Below are positions 12,629 to 25,924 of a DNA stretch of 64,000 bases, in pieces. The stretch spans positions 35,960,001 to 36,024,000 of the forward strand of contig OX597837.1 of assembly GCA_951406725.2 (NCBI GenBank). The letters run 5' to 3'. The stretch is from Octopus vulgaris. Its lineage: Eukaryota. Each line of letters starts with the position of its first letter. The stretch's first letter is position 1. Position numbers and translations under genes: made by a program. Under the pieces are notes generated by a model, which worked only from the letters and a program-made list of their open reading frames with translations, had not been told where the DNA came from and did no database searches.

Positions 12629-14011
12629 ATACAAGTGCAAAGCCATGAGTTCAATTCCTGTCAGTGCTGAGTCCTTGAACGAGACCCTTTATTTCTTGTT
12701 ACTCCAGTCCACTCATCTGACAAAAGTGATTTGTACCTGTAATTCAAAGGGACAGCTTTGTCAGGCAATGCTGTGCAAACATGCTGACACACAAACACAC
12801 ACACACATATATACATATAAGGGCTATGCATTTCTGTGGAGTCTACCAAATCCACTTGCACAAACCCTCAATGTCATAACCAAAGGAGTGCCAGTTTATA
12901 GAAGAGGTAGGTATATTAGTTAACCTAGGGTAACATAGAACATGTTATTGTTCATCTGACATATCGGTGTCATTATCATCATCATCATTGTTTAATGTCC
13001 GTTTTCCATGCTAGCATGGGTTGGACGGTTCATCTGGGGTCTGAGAAGCCAGAAGGCTGCACCAGGCCCAGTCTGATCTGGCAATGTTTCTACAGCTGGA
13101 TGCCCTTCCTAACGCCAACCACTCCGTGAGTGCAGTGGGTGCTTTTTACGTGCCACCTGCACAGGTGCCAGACGAGGCTGGCAGACGGCCACGATTGGAT
13201 GGTGCTTTTTACGTGCCACCGGCACGGAAGCCAGTCGGGGCGGCGCTGGCAACAGCCACGTTCGGATGGTTCTCTTATGTGCCACCAGTACTGGTATCAC
13301 AGCTACAATTTCCATTGATGTTGATCGATTTCGATTTTCACTTGCCTCAACAGGTCTTCACAAGTAGAGTTTTGTGTCCCAAGAAGGAAAAGTATGCATA
13401 GGAAAGGTATGTCATGTCCCATTATGTTACCCTATATGACAGCTACATGTTTTCCCAAATGCCCTTCTCACTATACTACATGGTCCCCCACTAGAGAACA
13501 TGTCCTCTCCATTGCACAACATGATGCCCATTAGGGTTAATGGTAGTTATCTAGTCGTGTGGTTGCAGAGATAGTGATATAAGGCTAAGAGGGTATTGGC
13601 TCAAAAGGGACAGAGATGGTGATATAAGGCTATGAGGGTATTGGCTCAAAAGGGACAGAGATGGTGATATAAGGCTAAGAGGGTATTGGCTCAAAAGGGA
13701 CAGAGATGGTGATATAAGGCTATGAGGGTATTGGCTCAAAAGGGACAGAGATGGTGATATAAGGCTAAGAAGGTATTGACTCATGTGGTTGACAGAGATG
13801 GTGATATAAGGCTAAGAGGGTATTGGCTCAAAAGGGACAGAGATGGTGATATAAGGCTAAGAGGGTATTGGCTCAAAAGGGACAGAGATGGTGATATAAG
13901 GCTAAGAGGGTATTGGCTCAAAAGGGACAGAGATGGTGATATAAGGCTAAGTGGGTATTGGCTCAAAAGGGACAAAGATGGTGATATAATTCAGAGAGGG
14001 GGATTGGTTAA

Positions 14012-14232
14012 CCCTTTAGTGTTTAAACTAGCCATATCCAGCTCAAAATATTCTCCCTGTTTTATGTTCAGACTGGCCAGATCTGGCCTCTCACACCTAC
14101 CTTGCAATGTCATTCTTAAAATAGACAACCACACCATTGATATCTCAAAGCTACAAGATAATGCGAGATTAATTCAAAACAATGTGGATAAATAAACATT
14201 ACCCTTGGCGGCGTGATCTGAATGCTAAAGGG
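14012..14232. mobile_element. piggyBac-type MITE; partial copies at 14654-14824 and about 22965-23140
   Basis: TTAA|CCCTTTAG...CTAAAGGG|TTAA, inserted in a TTAA site of the minisatellite unit. Confidence 0.8.
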
Positions 14233-14595
14233 TTAAAAAGGGACACAGGTGGTGATATAAAGCAAAGGGGGACATTGGTTAAAAGGGACACAGGTGGTGA
14301 TATAAAGCAAAGAGGGACATTGGTTAAAAGGGACAGAGATGGTGATATAAGGCAAAGAGGGTATTGGCTCAAAAGGGACAGAGATGGTGATATAAGGCCA
14401 AGAGGGTATTGGCTCAAAAGGGACAGAGATGGTGATATAAGGCTAAGAGGGACATTGGCAAAAAGGACAGAGATGGTGATATAAAGCAAAGGGGGACATT
14501 GGTTAAAAGGGACAGAGATGGTGATATAAGGTACAGAGGGGTGGTGATGCATGGTAGAGAGATGTTGGTAGTGTAACAAAAGACGAGTTACTAAC

Positions 14596-14650
14596 CTGGA
14601 CAGTGTGTAAGGTAACATTGAGATATTTGAGTTTCTGTTTTTCTCCTCGT
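14596..14650 (-). pseudogene. Truncated duplicate of the 3' part of exon 2, including its donor site
   Basis: Near-identical to 15253-15306 with the gttagt donor, but it has a 1-nt insertion and no acceptor. Confidence 0.8.
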
Positions 14651-15252
14651 TACCAGACTGGCCAGATCTAGCGGCCTTTCTCAGTGCCAAACCTTGCAAT
14701 GTCATTCTTAAAATAGACAACCACACCATTGATATCTCAAAGCTACAAGATAATGCAGGATTAATTCAAAACAATGTGGATAAATAAACATTACACTTGG
14801 CAGCATGATCTGAATGCTAAAGGGTTAAAAAGGGACAAAGGTGGTGACATAATTTAGAGAGGGACATTGGTTAAAAGGGGACACAGGTGGTGATTTAAAG
14901 CAACTTAGCACTTGGTTAAAAGGGGACAGGTGGTGATATAAAGTACATTAGGGGGACATTGGTTAAAAGGGACACAGGTGGTGATATAAATTTGTTCAAC
15001 TAGAGGGACATTGGTTAAAAGGGGACAGAGATGGTGATATAAAGCTGAAAGAGGGACATTGGTTAAAAGGGACAGAGATGGTGATATAAAGCAAAGAGGG
15101 ACATTGGTTAAAAGGGACACAGGTGGTGATATAAAGCAAAGGGGGACATTGGTTACCAAAGGGACAGAGATGGTGACATAACTGGTGGTGGTGATGTTTA
15201 CATCCCCCGTAGATTTAACATGTTGGTAGTGTAACAAAAGAGAGTTACTAAC

Positions 15253-15420
15253 CTGGACAGTGTGTAAGATAACATTGAGATATTTGAGTTTCTTTTTTCT
15301 CCTCGTCCTCCCTACCATCGACGACAACATAGCGTGTCCTTTCTTCAGTGCCAAATCCACAAGTCTTCGAGCAGCCAGAAAGAGATCCCCAGGGACCCCA
15401 TGTCATCACAACCGACAGCA
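15253..15420 (-). CDS. Coding exon 2: thrombospondin type-1 repeat 1
   Basis: Acceptor ttttttcag (15421-15423) and donor gttagt (15247-15252). 168 nt, phase 1-1. Translates VLSVVMTWGPWGSLSGCSKTCGFGTEERTRYVVVDGREDEEKKETQISQCYLTHCP, with WxxW, CSxTCG and RxR motifs. Confidence 0.9.
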
Positions 15421-15794
15421 CTGAAAAAAGAAAAAAAAATCCATAAAAAGAAACAATATGTATGTATGTATATATCTTTGTGTGTGTGTGTTTTTGTGTG
15501 TGATTGTCCTCATCACTGCTTGACAACGAGTGTTGGTGTGTTTACATACCTGTAACTTAGCACTTCAGCAAAAGGGAATGATAGAATAAGTACTAGGCTT
15601 AAAAAAGTAAGTCTAGGTATTAATTTGTTCAACTAAAATCCTTCAAGGTGGTACTCCAGCATGGCCACAGTAAAATGACAAACAAGAATGAGTGTGTATA
15701 TATATATATGTGTGTAAGTACCTGCAATGAGGGTTCATTTGCCTCTGGTATGGCATCAGCGTTTGGAACAACTTATGTCTGTAACTCTCTCTCT

Positions 15795-15999
15795 TTTACT
15801 TTTTTCAGTCATTTGACTGCGGCCATGCTGGAGCACCGCCTTTTAGTCGAGCAAATCGACCCCAGGACTTATTCTTTGTAAACCTAGTACTTATTCTATT
15901 GGTCTTTTTGCCGGACCACTAAGTTACAGGGACGTAAACACAGCATCGGTTGTCAAGCGATGTTGGGAGGACAAACACAGACACACAAACACACATATG

Positions 16000-16048
<49 letters not shown>

Positions 16049-16210
16049 GATGGGCTTCTTTAGTCAATCTCATTGATCCCTGTACTAAGGCTTTGGTCAG
16101 CCCGAGGCTATAGTAGAAGACACCTGCTCAAGGTGCCACGCAGTGGGACTGAACCCGAAACCGTGTGGTTGGTAAACAAGCTATTTACCACACAGCCACT
16201 CCTGCGCCTA
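15795..16210 (-). mobile_element. SINE family A copy
   Basis: Full head-to-tail match to the other family A copies. Confidence 0.8.
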
Positions 16211-16449
16211 TGTAAGCAAACATTTTCTATAATGAAATATGTGAAGTCAGCCCATTGAACGAGGTTGACTGATGAACATTTGAAAGCAATTCTCTTGGTT
16301 GGATGCAGCAATTCCAAAGCAAATATTGATGATATCTGAAAAGCTAAACTCCAGTTTCACAAATCTCGCGAACCCTTTTTGCTGTTTAGTTTGTGAGATT
16401 CGGATGCTGTGTACTCTTTACTCTTTTACTTGTTTGGAGCACCGCCTTT

Positions 16450-16830
16450 GCTTAGCCAACCACATGGTTCGGGTTCAGTACCATTGCTATTGGCATCTTT
16501 TGCCGGTGTCTTCTGCTATAGCCCGGGCCGTAAACACAAGCCTTGTGAGTGGATTTGGTAGACGGAAACTGAAAGAAGCCACATCGTATATATGTAAATA
16601 TATGTATATGTGTGTATGTGTGTGTATGTTTGTCTGTGTTTGTCCCCCAACATCACTTGACAACCGATGCTGGTGTGTTTACGTCCCCGTTACTTAGCAG
16701 TTCAGCAAAAGAGACCGATAGAATAAGTACTAGGACTTACAAAGAATAAGTCCATGTGGTTCAATTTGCTAACTAAAGGCGGTGCTTACCAGCATGGCCA
16801 GTCAAATGACTGAAACAAGCAAAAGATAAA
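16450..16830 (+). mobile_element. SINE family A copy, inverted relative to 15795-16210
   Basis: gcttagccaaccacatggttcgggttcag...tgactgaaacaag. Confidence 0.8.
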
Positions 16831-17269
16831 TAAATATGCTGGTTGTCTTTATTTTTTGTGTATTCACTGTATTGTATTAAACAAAATGCTTATGCAGCCT
16901 GCTCTCATCATTCTCTGTTATGGTCTACTGTGAAAAATGTTTGGTGACCCCTGCTCTAGACAACTATCCAAGATGCCACATGGTGGAATTGAACCTAGAG
17001 CCATGTGGTTAGGAAGTGGATTCATTGACCACACAGTTGTGTCCGACTCCTGTGCCCTTTTGCAATCTTGCCTCCTCATCCTCAACGCAATCAAAACTGC
17101 TGGAGTTTGTATTGATGGGGGAGGGGATGTAGGTGAGTAGGGAAGCGGAGTTCTGGAGGGATAATGGTGTGGGGAAGAAGGATTGGGTGTGGTGGTTAGA
17201 GAAGTTTCTGGAGAGAGGGAGAGAGAGAAATGAGTAGGTCTGAGGGGAGCAAAAGAAGCCAGTGGAATA

Positions 17270-18125
17270 GGAAGAGAGGAGGGGAGAGAAAGACAAAGGA
17301 ATAGGGAGACAGAGAGAGACACGAAGGGAGAGAAAGTGAGAGATGAAGAGACGAAGAGAAAGGGAGAGAGAGAGAGACGAAGGGAAGAGAAAGAGAAACA
17401 AAAGGATAGAAAGAGAGATGAAGGAAGAGAGTGAGAGACGAAGGGAAAGAAAGAGAGACGAAGGGAGAGAAAGAGAGACGAAGGGAGCAAAAGAGTGATG
17501 AAGAGAGAGATGAAGGGAAAGAAAGAGACAAAGGGAGGGAGAGCGAGACGAAGGGAGAGAGAGAGAGACGATGGGAAAGAGAGAGAGAGACGAAGGGAGA
17601 GAGAGAAACGAAAAGATAGAAAGAGAGAGACAAAGGGAGGAGAGAGAGAGCGAGACAAGAGAGGACGAAAGGATAGAGAGAGATGAAGGAGAGATGAAGG
17701 GGAGAGAGTGATGAGAGATGAAGGAAAGAAAGAGACGGGAGAGAGAGAGAAACGAAAGGATAGAAAGAGAGAGATGAAGGGAGAGAGTTAGAGACGAAGG
17801 GAGAGAGGGAGAGTGAGGGAGACAAAGGAAGAGAAAGAGAAACGAAGGGAGCAATAGAGTGATGAAGGGAGAGAAAGAGAGAGATGAAGGGAAAGAAAGC
17901 GACAAAGGCAGAGAGAGCGAGACGACGGGAGAGAAAGAGAGACGAAGGGAGCAAAAGAGTGATGAAAGGAGAGAAAGAGAGAGATGAAGGGAGAGAGAGC
18001 GAGACGACCAGAGAGAGAGACGATGGGAAAGAGAGAGAGAGAGAGAGAGAGCGACAAAGGGAGAGAAAGAGAGAGAGACGAAGGGAAAGAGAGAGAGAGA
18101 GACAAAGAGAGAGAGAGAGAGAGGA
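17270..18125. repeat. Polypurine (GA)n tract with recurring gacgaaggg units
   Basis: Seen directly; source of the S/L/P/F-rich ORFs. Confidence 0.9.
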
Positions 18126-19060
18126 ATTGTTTGATGGTTGAACTTGGTCGGAGCAGAACAAGTTGTAAAGAGGAGAGAGAGAAAGAAAGAGAGATTGGCT
18201 GGGGAGGGCGCGAACGGGACAAAACAGCGAAGTGCATTGGTGAATGGGCAATGGGCCAACCATTAGTGTATTTACTAACAACACCATCAGGAGTCCCAGT
18301 AGAGGGGTGGGTAACAAGTTTGGGTTGGGCCACACCCCAACCGACTGCAAGAAGTAAAGACATGGACGTGTACAGGTGTGTGTGTGTGTATGTATACGTA
18401 TGTGTGTATGTATACATGTGTACGTTTGTGTGTGTAGGCATGCATACACATACCTCTATGCATGCATATGCACATGTGTGCATCTTTGTAAACATACACC
18501 TATATTTCGTATAGATATATAATTGCACACTAGCTCAAATACACTACGTTTGTGTGTATGTATACATGTGTACTTTTGTGTGTGTAAGTATGCATACACA
18601 CACATATGCATGCATATACACATGTGTATATCTTACATATAAACATACATACATACATATATACACACATACATACATACATACATATATACACACATAC
18701 ATACATACATACATATATACACACATACATATATATATATATATACACACATACACACATACATACATATATACACACATACATATATATATATATATAC
18801 ACACATACACACATACATATATATACACACACATACATACATATATATATATACACACACATGCATACATACATACATATATATATATATACACATACAT
18901 ACATATACACACATACATACATACATATACACACATACATATACACACATACATACATATACACACGTACTTACATACACACATGCATGTACGTACACAC
19001 ACACATACACACACACACATATACATACACACACATACATATACACACATACATACATAT

Positions 19061-19111
<51 letters not shown>

Positions 19112-19263
19112 TAAACACACACACATTATATATATATATATACACATATATATACACATGCACAAACATAGCATCAGTCAAAAATCTTAACAAGCTACAT
19201 TCAACGGTTCTGTATTCGTCTCTGACTTATTTTCCTCTTCTCTTCATCTCTTGATCTCGATAC

Positions 19264-19302
<39 letters not shown>

Positions 19303-19795
19303 CACATAGACACACACACACCACATAGAGACTCACACACACTCATCCTCTCTCTCATTCTCTCTCTCCCTCCCTCCCTCCCTCGCCAGAAGTCTACACC
19401 AATGTTAATTAGAAAAGAGATTCTATAACATGGAAGCAATAATGCCCGTCTGTGGTAGACTGTGACGAGCTCACGATTAGCAAAAGTTGTCTACGAACAT
19501 TGTAGACCAGAGGGATGTATATATATATAATATATATGCGTGTATATATATATAGTGCGTGATTGTATGATGTGTAGGGGTGCAAGGTGGTGTGTATATT
19601 GACATATATAGAAGACAAGACAGAGAGCACTTATTACACATAGTCATGTAATAGTATTTAGTGTAGGGGAACGTGTCAGCTAGTTTAGACGATCAGTTGT
19701 AGCGTGGGTGAGTGTATATAGACATGCAGACAGATGTAGAGGTTCTTATACTGGGCATTGAAGATCTGTGACAGAGTATCGTAGTGTGTATTTGC

Positions 19796-19843
<48 letters not shown>

Positions 19844-20458
19844 GTTCGGAGTTCGAATTCCGCGGAGGTCCACTTTGCCTTTTATACTTTCGGGGTCGAT
19901 AAATTAAGTACCAGTTACGCACTGGAGTTGATATAATCGACTTAATCCCTTTGTCTGTCCTTGTTTGTCCCCTCTGTGTTTAGCCCCTTGTGTGCAAACT
20001 AAAGAAATAATATATATATGTATGTATGTATGATAGCAGATAGTGAGTTTACGATGTAGATGTGTACATATGTTGTGCATTGAAGGCGTGTGTGGCGGGT
20101 GTATAGTAACGTATAGACGTGTATATAAGGGACCTACGGGAAGATTTAGAGGCCTCTATGCTGCGTATTGAAATTGCGTAAGGATGTGTATATAGCAGTG
20201 TAGGGCCGTGTATATATATAGACAGGATTACAGGCAGTGAGTATCGGATGTGGGATGCAGAGGCGTATATATATATATATATATATATGTATATTATTTC
20301 TTTACTGTACACAAGGGGCTAAACACAGGGGGGACAAACAAGGACAGACAAACGGATTAAGTCGATTATATCAACTCCAGTGCGTAACAGGTACTTAATT
20401 TATCAACCCCGAAAGGATGAAAGGCAAAGTCGACCTCCGCGGAATTTGAACTCCGAAC

Positions 20459-20524
<66 letters not shown>

Positions 20525-21741
20525 TCACCATCATATTGGTATTGCCTGAACAGGTGGAGGGTGTACCACATGTCAGATGTTGGGGTGATCGCAGGGCTAC
20601 GTGAAATGAAGTGCTTTGCTCAATAATTAGTGACTATGTATATATATAAATATATATTTGTGCTGTATATTGAAGTGGTGTGTGGGTGTATAGAAACGTA
20701 TAGGTATAGATAATAAGGTGTAGAGGCCTGTATGTTGCATACTGAAATTGTGTGAGGATGTATAGACCGGTGTATATAGATAACTACAAGGGAGACACGT
20801 AGAGGCTTATTACGGTGTGTTGAAAGTGTTTGGTGGTGTATGTTGGTGTATATAGAAGACAACAAGCAGTGGGTGTATAACGGGGAATGCTGTGTGGACG
20901 GACAGTCAATGTTGAGGACTACATGAAGTGTGTATAATATTTGTAGTGCAGAGCACTTTGTGGCGTATAAAATGTGTGATATACAGAAGTGTGTGTGTGT
21001 GTATATTAGCTAACATTCCTTTATATCCTTGATTTAATCGTATATATACACAAGACTACAGGCAATTGGTGTATATTATGTAATGATATATAAATGTACA
21101 TAGGTGTATATATGGTGTGTCGATGTGATATGTATGGCAGCGTGTATACAGGACTATATGTAGAGTGTATAAAACGTGTGATAGTGTATAACAGTATATA
21201 TAAAGGTGTGTATATATGTGGCGTGTAGAAGATGCGATGCTTATACGGACAGTGAAATGAGAAGCAGTGGATGTAGAGGCCTTCATGCTGCTTGTTGAAG
21301 ATGTGCGATGGTATGTGATAGTGAAACTGAGAGTGTGTATAAAGATGTGTAGAATGTGCTGTGTGTGTATGTTTGTGAAACGTACAAAGAATGTGGAAGA
21401 TTATATGAAATGTGTGTGTGTGTGTGTGTGTGTATTTACATATGTATGTGTGTGTATTTCTATATGTACGTATGTGTGTTTATATATTTGTATGCGTATG
21501 TATGTATTCCCATATTGTGTGCATATATGTTTATATACACATGTGAGCATCCATATATATATATTAGTGTTTATACGTATGTTTGTATTTACATATGTAT
21601 GTATGTTTATTTATGTTTGTATATGTGTGTGTATGCATTTCTATATTGTGTATTTGTGTGTTTATATGTGTGTGTATATATGCATATGTTTGTATGCACG
21701 TGTATTTGTATATTATGTATGTTTGTATTCATATATATATA

Positions 21742-22148
21742 CTCTTTTACTTGTTTCAGTCATTTGACTGCGGCCATGCTGGAGCACCGCCTTTAGTCGA
21801 GCAAATCGACCCCGGGACTTATTCTTTTGTAAGCCCAGTACTTATTCTATCGGTCTCTTTTTTGCCGAACCGCTAAGTGACGGGGACGTAAACACACCAG
21901 CATCGGTTGTCAAGCAATGCTAGGGGGACAAACACAGACACACAAACACACACACACACACACACATATATACATATATATATACGATGGGCTTCTTTCA
22001 GTTTCCGTCTACCAAATCCACTCACAAGGCATTGGTCGGCCCGGGGCTATAGCAGAAGACACTTGCCCAAGATGCCACGCAGTGGGACTGAACCCGGAAC
22101 CATGTGGTTGGTTAGCAAGCTACTTACCAAACAGCCACTCCTGCCCCT
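21742..22148 (-). mobile_element. SINE family A copy (close to family consensus)
   Basis: Highly similar to the reverse complement of 28110-28520 and 38497-38895. Confidence 0.85.
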
Positions 22149-22262
22149 ATTTATGTGTTTATATGTGTGTATTTATGCATATGTTTGTATGCACGTGTAT
22201 TTGTATATTATGTATGTTTGTATTCATATATATATGTTTGTATTCATATATATATGTTTGTA

Positions 22263-22294
<32 letters not shown>

Positions 22295-22716
22295 CGTGGG
22301 TGTGTCTGTATGTATGTATGTGTGTGTTTCTGTTTTATGTATACGTGTGTTTATGTTTGTGTGCGTGAGTGTATTTATATATTCGTGTGTGTGTGTGTGT
22401 ATGGTTATGCGTAAAGGAATGTTTGTATATTTATATGTACACATGCTAGTGATATGGGAGATGTTTTCTTTGCATAAAAGTTTGTTATGTAACGCCAGAA
22501 GTTCAGCAAAAATAACACAAGCGAAAACGATGACATAAGATTTAAACAAAATAGGCAAAGTAAACAAACAAAATATGCAACAAACAGCAAAGAACACAAA
22601 CAAAACAACACAGGATCAAAAGCGAAAAAAACTAACAGGAAGGCATGTGACTTTTGTTAGTGAATGTTGGAATACGTTTGGGATTAATTATGATAAAAAA
22701 AGGTTTAATTACTTAC

Positions 22717-22783
22717 CAGGGTGGATTAAAAGAAGTAGGAAGAGTAATAATTTAGTATCCATTTGGTAGGAGGAGGTGGTCAT
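22717..22783 (-). CDS. First coding exon (signal peptide) of a TSP1-TSP1-LDLa-TM protein gene
   Basis: Minus strand reads ttattttccag|tatcaccactcccaccATG, then MTTSSYQMDTKLLLFLLLLIHP+G, then a gtaagt donor (22711-22716). The exon spans 22717-22799. Hydrophobic leader; the phase-1 end matches the next exon. An alternative ATG lies at 22762. Confidence 0.75.
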
Positions 22784-24117
22784 GGTGGGAGTGGTGATAC
22801 TGGAAAATAACAGAGAAATATAAGAAGAAATTAAGATACATCATCATTATCATCATCATCATTGTTATCATCAGTATACTGTATTTGAAAGCATAGAATA
22901 TGAACCCCTGGGGCCTATAAGCGAAACTGGGTCCCCTTTTAGCTTTTCAGATTATTCTGTGGAATGATAATGCTTATATTTGCTTTGATCTGAATTCCTG
23001 TGCATTATCTTGTAGCTCTGGGATTTCAGTGATGGGATTGCTTGTTTTTAGACTGACATTGTAGGGTAAGTGTGAGAGGTCTGATCTGGCTAGATGGAAC
23101 ATAAAACGGGTAAAAACTTTTGGGTTGGATATGACCCAACAGGAAGGGCATCCAACAATAAAACAATGATTCACTGATATACACAACTAACCCATGCTAG
23201 TAAGGAAAAACAGATGTAAAACAAAAATGCACATCAGATAATCTCCACAGAAGCATTTTATCACAACACAACCTACACCGACCCCTTTACTATGGATCCT
23301 ATATTTTATGCAATAAAAACATTGTTCTACAAATGAACTTGCCTCATCACAACTCTTGTGGTTTTTACTCAGATTTCATAATCAATATCATTCAACATGT
23401 GTTTTTTTTATGTCATCATGGGTCGGATGGTTTGACAGAAGCTAACCATCTGAAGGGCTGTTTAGGCTCCCTGTCTGTTTTGGCATGGTTTCTATAACTG
23501 GGTGCCCTTCCTAATGCAGGCAACTTTACAGTGTGTACTGGGTGCTTTTTACATGGCACCAGCGCAGGTGCTTTTTAATTTTTTCTGTGCCTTGTTTTGC
23601 ATTTATGTTCTTATTCGTGTATATAAAAGGGTAAAACCCCCTTCCATCATGACTGACCATGAGATTGCACCTAGAAAGTTCCCCTCCGTGGCACAAGTCC
23701 AGGCAAGATTGTTTTATGGAAGACCAACAGTCATCCATGCATACTATCCACCCTTCTCCATGCAATGGATGTTATCCAGAGGGAAAGGCAAAGGCCGATA
23801 CAGCTTGGCACCAGTGATGTTGCAACTCATTTCTACAGTTGAGGGAACTGGAGCAACATAAAATAAATTGTCTTACTGAAGAATACAACACAGCCCGGTC
23901 TGGGAATCGATCTCACTTCCTCATGATTGTGAGCATGATGCTCTAACCACTGAGCCATGTGCCTTCACTCACATGTGTGTGTGTATGTATGTATGTATGT
24001 ATGCATGCATGTATGTATGCATGTATGTATGTATGCATATTTGCATGTTATACATGCAAATATGGTTTATATGCATACATGCGCACACACACACACACAC
24101 AACACAAATATATATCA

Positions 24118-24723
24118 TTTACTTGTTTCAGTCATTAGACTGTGGCCTTACTGGAGCACCACCTTGAAGCATTTTGATAGAGCAACTTGACCCCAGTACA
24201 TAGACTTTTTTTTTTTTAAAGCCTGGTACTCGTTCTATTGGTCTCTTTTGCAGAACTGCTAAGTCACGGGATGTAAACACACCAACACAGGTTGTCAAGC
24301 AATGTAGGGTGGGGGACAAACACACCCACTTGATTGGTTTTGTTCAGTTTCCGTCTACCAAATCCACTCACAAGACTTTGATCAACCCAGGGCTATAAAA
24401 GAAGACACTTGCCCAAGGTGCCATGCAGTGGGACTGAACCCAGAATTATGTGGTTGGTAAGCAAGCTTCTTATCACACAGCCACACCTACACCTATTCTT
24501 TTATTCATTTATTTGTTTCAGTCATTTGACTGCGGCCATGCTGGGGCAACACCTTTTAGTCAAGCAAATCAACCCTAGGACTTATTCTTTTTAAGCCCAG
24601 TACTTATTCTATCAGTCTCTTTTGCTGAAGTGCTAAGTTACGGGGACATAAATACACCAACATTGGTTGTCATGCGATGGCGGGGAAATGCACTTAGATA
24701 AACACACACACACACACAAATAT

Positions 24724-24771
<48 letters not shown>

Positions 24772-24907
24772 GATGGGCTTCTATTAATTTCCGTCTGCCA
24801 AATCCACTCACAAGGCTTTGGTCGGCACGAGGCTACAGTGGAACACATTTGCCTGAGGTGCCATGCAGTGGGATTGAACCCAGAACCATGTAGCTGGGAA
24901 GCCACAG
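24118..24907 (-). mobile_element. Two tandem SINE family A copies
   Basis: About 24118-24490 and 24505-24907, same motif order. Confidence 0.75.
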
Positions 24908-24924
24908 ACCTATATATATATACA

Positions 24925-24956
<32 letters not shown>

Positions 24957-24957
24957 C

Positions 24958-24998
<41 letters not shown>

Positions 24999-25924
24999 TT
25001 TCCATTGTCAGTATTACTTATTGTGGTTCTGCATTTAGAAAAGCAGCTTTTGTTAATTGTGATGTATCACATGTCTCAAAAAGTCATTTATGTACGTGTA
25101 GCCCCACCGGTGCCACCACCACCACCACATATGGGTTTTTGTTTTTATGCTGAAAAGGAGGTCACCTTCTGCTGCAAGTAGGCTCGAAAATGCCTTTGTG
25201 GTGCATGCAAATGGGTGCAGTGTGTTTTGCTGATGGCCATGACCAAATTTTATGCCTCACTGCTTGTAAAGAAACCGCTTCCCCCTACCAAAGAAAAAAG
25301 GAAAGAAAAGAAAGCAAGTCAGGTGTTATGTGTGTAGTCATATAAGGGCCCCAGAGCAGAGAAGCTCATCTACACACCTGGGATAGGGGTTGGACTGCAG
25401 GTAATAAGGGAGCTATTTTGGAGAGGAGATATTTGTGGATGTGTTTGTATGAACATTGTTATCTATATTAGTGGGGTCTGAACTCACTGTATATGTGTGT
25501 GTGTGTGTATACACACACTTGTAAATATGTGTACACACACACCAATGCATATATAAATACAAGCACATATTTATGTACATATGTACACACACATATGTAT
25601 ACACACACATACATACACACGTGCGCACACACATATACACACGTGTGCACACACACACATGCACACACACACGTGCACACACACACATACACACATGTGC
25701 ACACACACACACGTGCACACACAAACACACATATACACACGTGTGCACACACACCACACACGTCGCACACACATACACACACACACGAGTTCAGGCATGC
25801 CTGTGTAATTAAGAAGTTTACTTCCCAACCATGTGGATTTGGGTTCAGTCCCACAGTGCGGCACCTTGGGCAACTGTTTTCTACCATTGCCCCAGACTGG
25901 CCAAAACCTTGTAAGTGTATTTTA

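Larger units (their letters stand above)
13567..15180. repeat. 45-bp minisatellite array interrupted by a MITE and the exon duplicate
   Basis: Unit gacagagatggtgatataaggctaagagggtattggctcaaaagg; the ORFs over it show a 15-aa periodicity. Confidence 0.9.

Noticed and set aside
13551-14484. Repeat-protein ORFs (RDRDGDIRLRGYWLK)n or a CRISPR-like array
   Set aside because: Contiguous 45-bp tandem units without unique spacers, intronic, interrupted by a MITE, and with no cas genes in a eukaryotic context.
16918-18528. Long Ser/Leu/Pro- or Arg/Glu-rich ORFs up to 417 aa
   Set aside because: The (GA)n polypurine tract lacks stops by composition and is open in all three minus frames.
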